DNA of 64,000 bases, taken from assembly GCA_040285825.1 (NCBI GenBank), contig JAUPSS010000002.1, positions 2,294,001 to 2,358,000 on the forward strand. Direction: 5' to 3'. This DNA comes from Eukaryota sp. TZLM1-RC (Eukaryota > Protista > Metamonada: BaSk clade). The position numbers and the translations under genes are program-made. Below the pieces are notes generated by a model. The model was not told the origin of the DNA. It was given only the letters and a program-made list of their open reading frames with translations, and searched no databases. Positions 62,429 to 64,000 of the stretch are shown here, in pieces (position 1 is the first letter of the stretch; every line of letters begins with the position of its first letter).

Positions 62429-62522
62429 TCCATCAGACGACTTCGCTCTTCCAGACCCAGACGACCTTCGGGATACCCACAAAATCCTCATTCTAAAAGA
62501 GAAATGTGCATCTGCAATCCCC

Positions 62523-63986
62523 ATGTTCGATCCTTGGTTGAGTAGAATCCGTTCAGAGCAAAGACAAGCTGTTGCAGCTTACGAACGTTCATTTAATAAC
62601 TGTTCCGTCAATCATCTTGACCTCTACGTTAACGAATCAGGCAAGATCATCATCCCGTCATCACTCATCAACGACACGCTCTTGATCATACATGGTTATG
62701 TATCAGGCGGTCATCCTAGTATGTCTGAGAGTTTACGCAGGCTATCCTCTAGCGACTACTACTGGCCCAGTATGACTGATGATATGAAGAACCACGTGCG
62801 TTCTTGTCCATCATGTCAGAAAACGGCACCTGTCCCCAAATCTATCACTCCTTCCACCGGATCTCTCTGGGCTGACAAACCCTTTGCGAGATTGAACGTG
62901 GGTACCATTGGTCCTCTTCCTCCAGATCAAGAGGCCAATAAATACATCTTAGTTTTCGTGGACAGTTTCACTCGGTATACAATCCTCGTGCCCCTCAAAG
63001 AATTAAACGCAAGGCTGACAGCAGACGCTTTGATTTGGAGTGTGTGCGCAATCTTCGGTATACCTTACAGCATTCACAGTGACAACGGCCCAGAATTCGC
63101 CAACAACGTGTTTAAATCACTGTGCGAATTCCTGTCTATCAACATGACGAACAGTATTCCAAATATCAGTCAATCAAATGGCCTAGTTGAACGACGTCAT
63201 AGAGTTATTTTACAAAATCTTAGGAAGCTCCGAATCGATTTTAACGCCTATGACAACTGGTCAGAATACATACCTTACGTACAACTCTTAACGAATTCGT
63301 CTAAGAGCTCTGTCACAGGTTTCAGTCCATTCGAGCTGCTTATGTTTGGGTCAGACGTCAGTCCCAGAGCTGACCCTTTTTCAATTTTCTCCACCATCGA
63401 AAAGGCTACCACTGAGGTTCCTTTCATTCTGGATATCCAATCTAAATTTAATCGATTGAAAGAAAAACGAGAAAAAGCAGAAATCACCCAAACATCGAAA
63501 TCGCCGGAGGAGAAGCCAAGCACGAGTAACTTGCTATTCGAAGTTGGATGTTTAATCCTCAAATCATCTAGTAACTCCAAATTACATGGGAATTATCTGG
63601 GCCCATATCTGGTCATCGACAAACCTAGTAAATCAACTTTATTATTAAAGAATTTAATCACAGGTGTCGAATCTAAGGCTTGCATTTCACAATGCAAATT
63701 GTACCATTCTGACAAATCCACTGATGATGAGTTTCATCGTATCGTGGCCTCAGGTGATACTGAGGAACATCTTCTATTAGAAGTTCTTAGCCAGGATGGC
63801 AACGAGTGTCAAGTCATATACGCTGGAGATGTAGGAGGCACTGAGCCTGTCGACCGCATTAAGAACACCAAGGCCTACCAAGCCTTTCTCCAGACTAATA
63901 AGTCACGACCCCCCACTAGTCAACCTACTCGCAAACAACCTCGTAGAAGAGCTAGAAAAGACGGTCGAAAGGAGGGGAAAAAGTAG
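62523..63986 (+). CDS. Gypsy-type integrase (first catalytic Asp apparently mutated)
   Basis: HHCC (H..GGH..CPSC), LNVGTIGPLP (D to G), SDNGPEF, NGLVER, GPY motif. Confidence 0.88.
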   Translation: MFDPWLSRIRSEQRQAVAAYERSFNNCSVNHLDLYVNESGKIIIPSSLINDTLLIIHGYVSGGHPSMSESLRRLSSSDYYWPSMTDDMKNHVRSCPSCQKTAPVPKSITPSTGSLWADKPFARLNVGTIGPLPPDQEANKYILVFVDSFTRYTILVPLKELNARLTADALIWSVCAIFGIPYSIHSDNGPEFANNVFKSLCEFLSINMTNSIPNISQSNGLVERRHRVILQNLRKLRIDFNAYDNWSEYIPYVQLLTNSSKSSVTGFSPFELLMFGSDVSPRADPFSIFSTIEKATTEVPFILDIQSKFNRLKEKREKAEITQTSKSPEEKPSTSNLLFEVGCLILKSSSNSKLHGNYLGPYLVIDKPSKSTLLLKNLITGVESKACISQCKLYHSDKSTDDEFHRIVASGDTEEHLLLEVLSQDGNECQVIYAGDVGGTEPVDRIKNTKAYQAFLQTNKSRPPTSQPTRKQPRRRARKDGRKEGKK

Positions 63987-64000
63987 TGTTAGTCTTTACG

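Larger units (their letters stand above)
60415..64000 (+). mobile_element. Ty3/gypsy-type LTR element (family 4) with gag-like ORF and integrase, lacking PR/RT/RH
   Basis: 5' LTR 60415-60601 (TGTTAGTCTTTAC...GGCAACA). The 3' LTR starts at 63987 after PPT gaaaggaggggaaaaagtag and runs off the window. Confidence 0.9.

Overview
AT-rich, gene-compact eukaryotic DNA with no introns evident, standard genetic code and AATAAA signals next to stop codons. It looks like an intron-poor protist; the taxon is an inference and is not established. Positions 1-10 kb hold housekeeping genes: TRAPPC11-like, TBC1D13-like RabGAP, Y14/RBM8A, PPME1 and a VWA-Hint (Vint) protein. Positions 10.9-25 kb and 55-64 kb are nests of mobile elements. 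They contain three families of CRE-like restriction-endonuclease (RLE) non-LTR retrotransposons with 10-13 bp TSDs, four unrelated short-LTR Ty3/gypsy-type elements (none with RT) and a MULE transposase remnant. Positions 25.0-50.4 kb hold one giant gene of about 8,150 codons after repair. It encodes a signal peptide, beta-helix region, about 29 tandem 528/531-bp modules, Cys-rich repeats and a multi-pass TM domain, and is interrupted by an RLE insertion and three frameshifts. An SLC45/sucrose-type transporter lies at 53-54.5 kb. Most novel signal: all four LTR families lack a canonical tRNA primer-binding site. In its place each carries a covarying palindrome or hairpin (CA-nTAATTnn-TG, followed by GCC in three) spanning the 5' LTR end, which suggests an unusual minus-strand priming mechanism.
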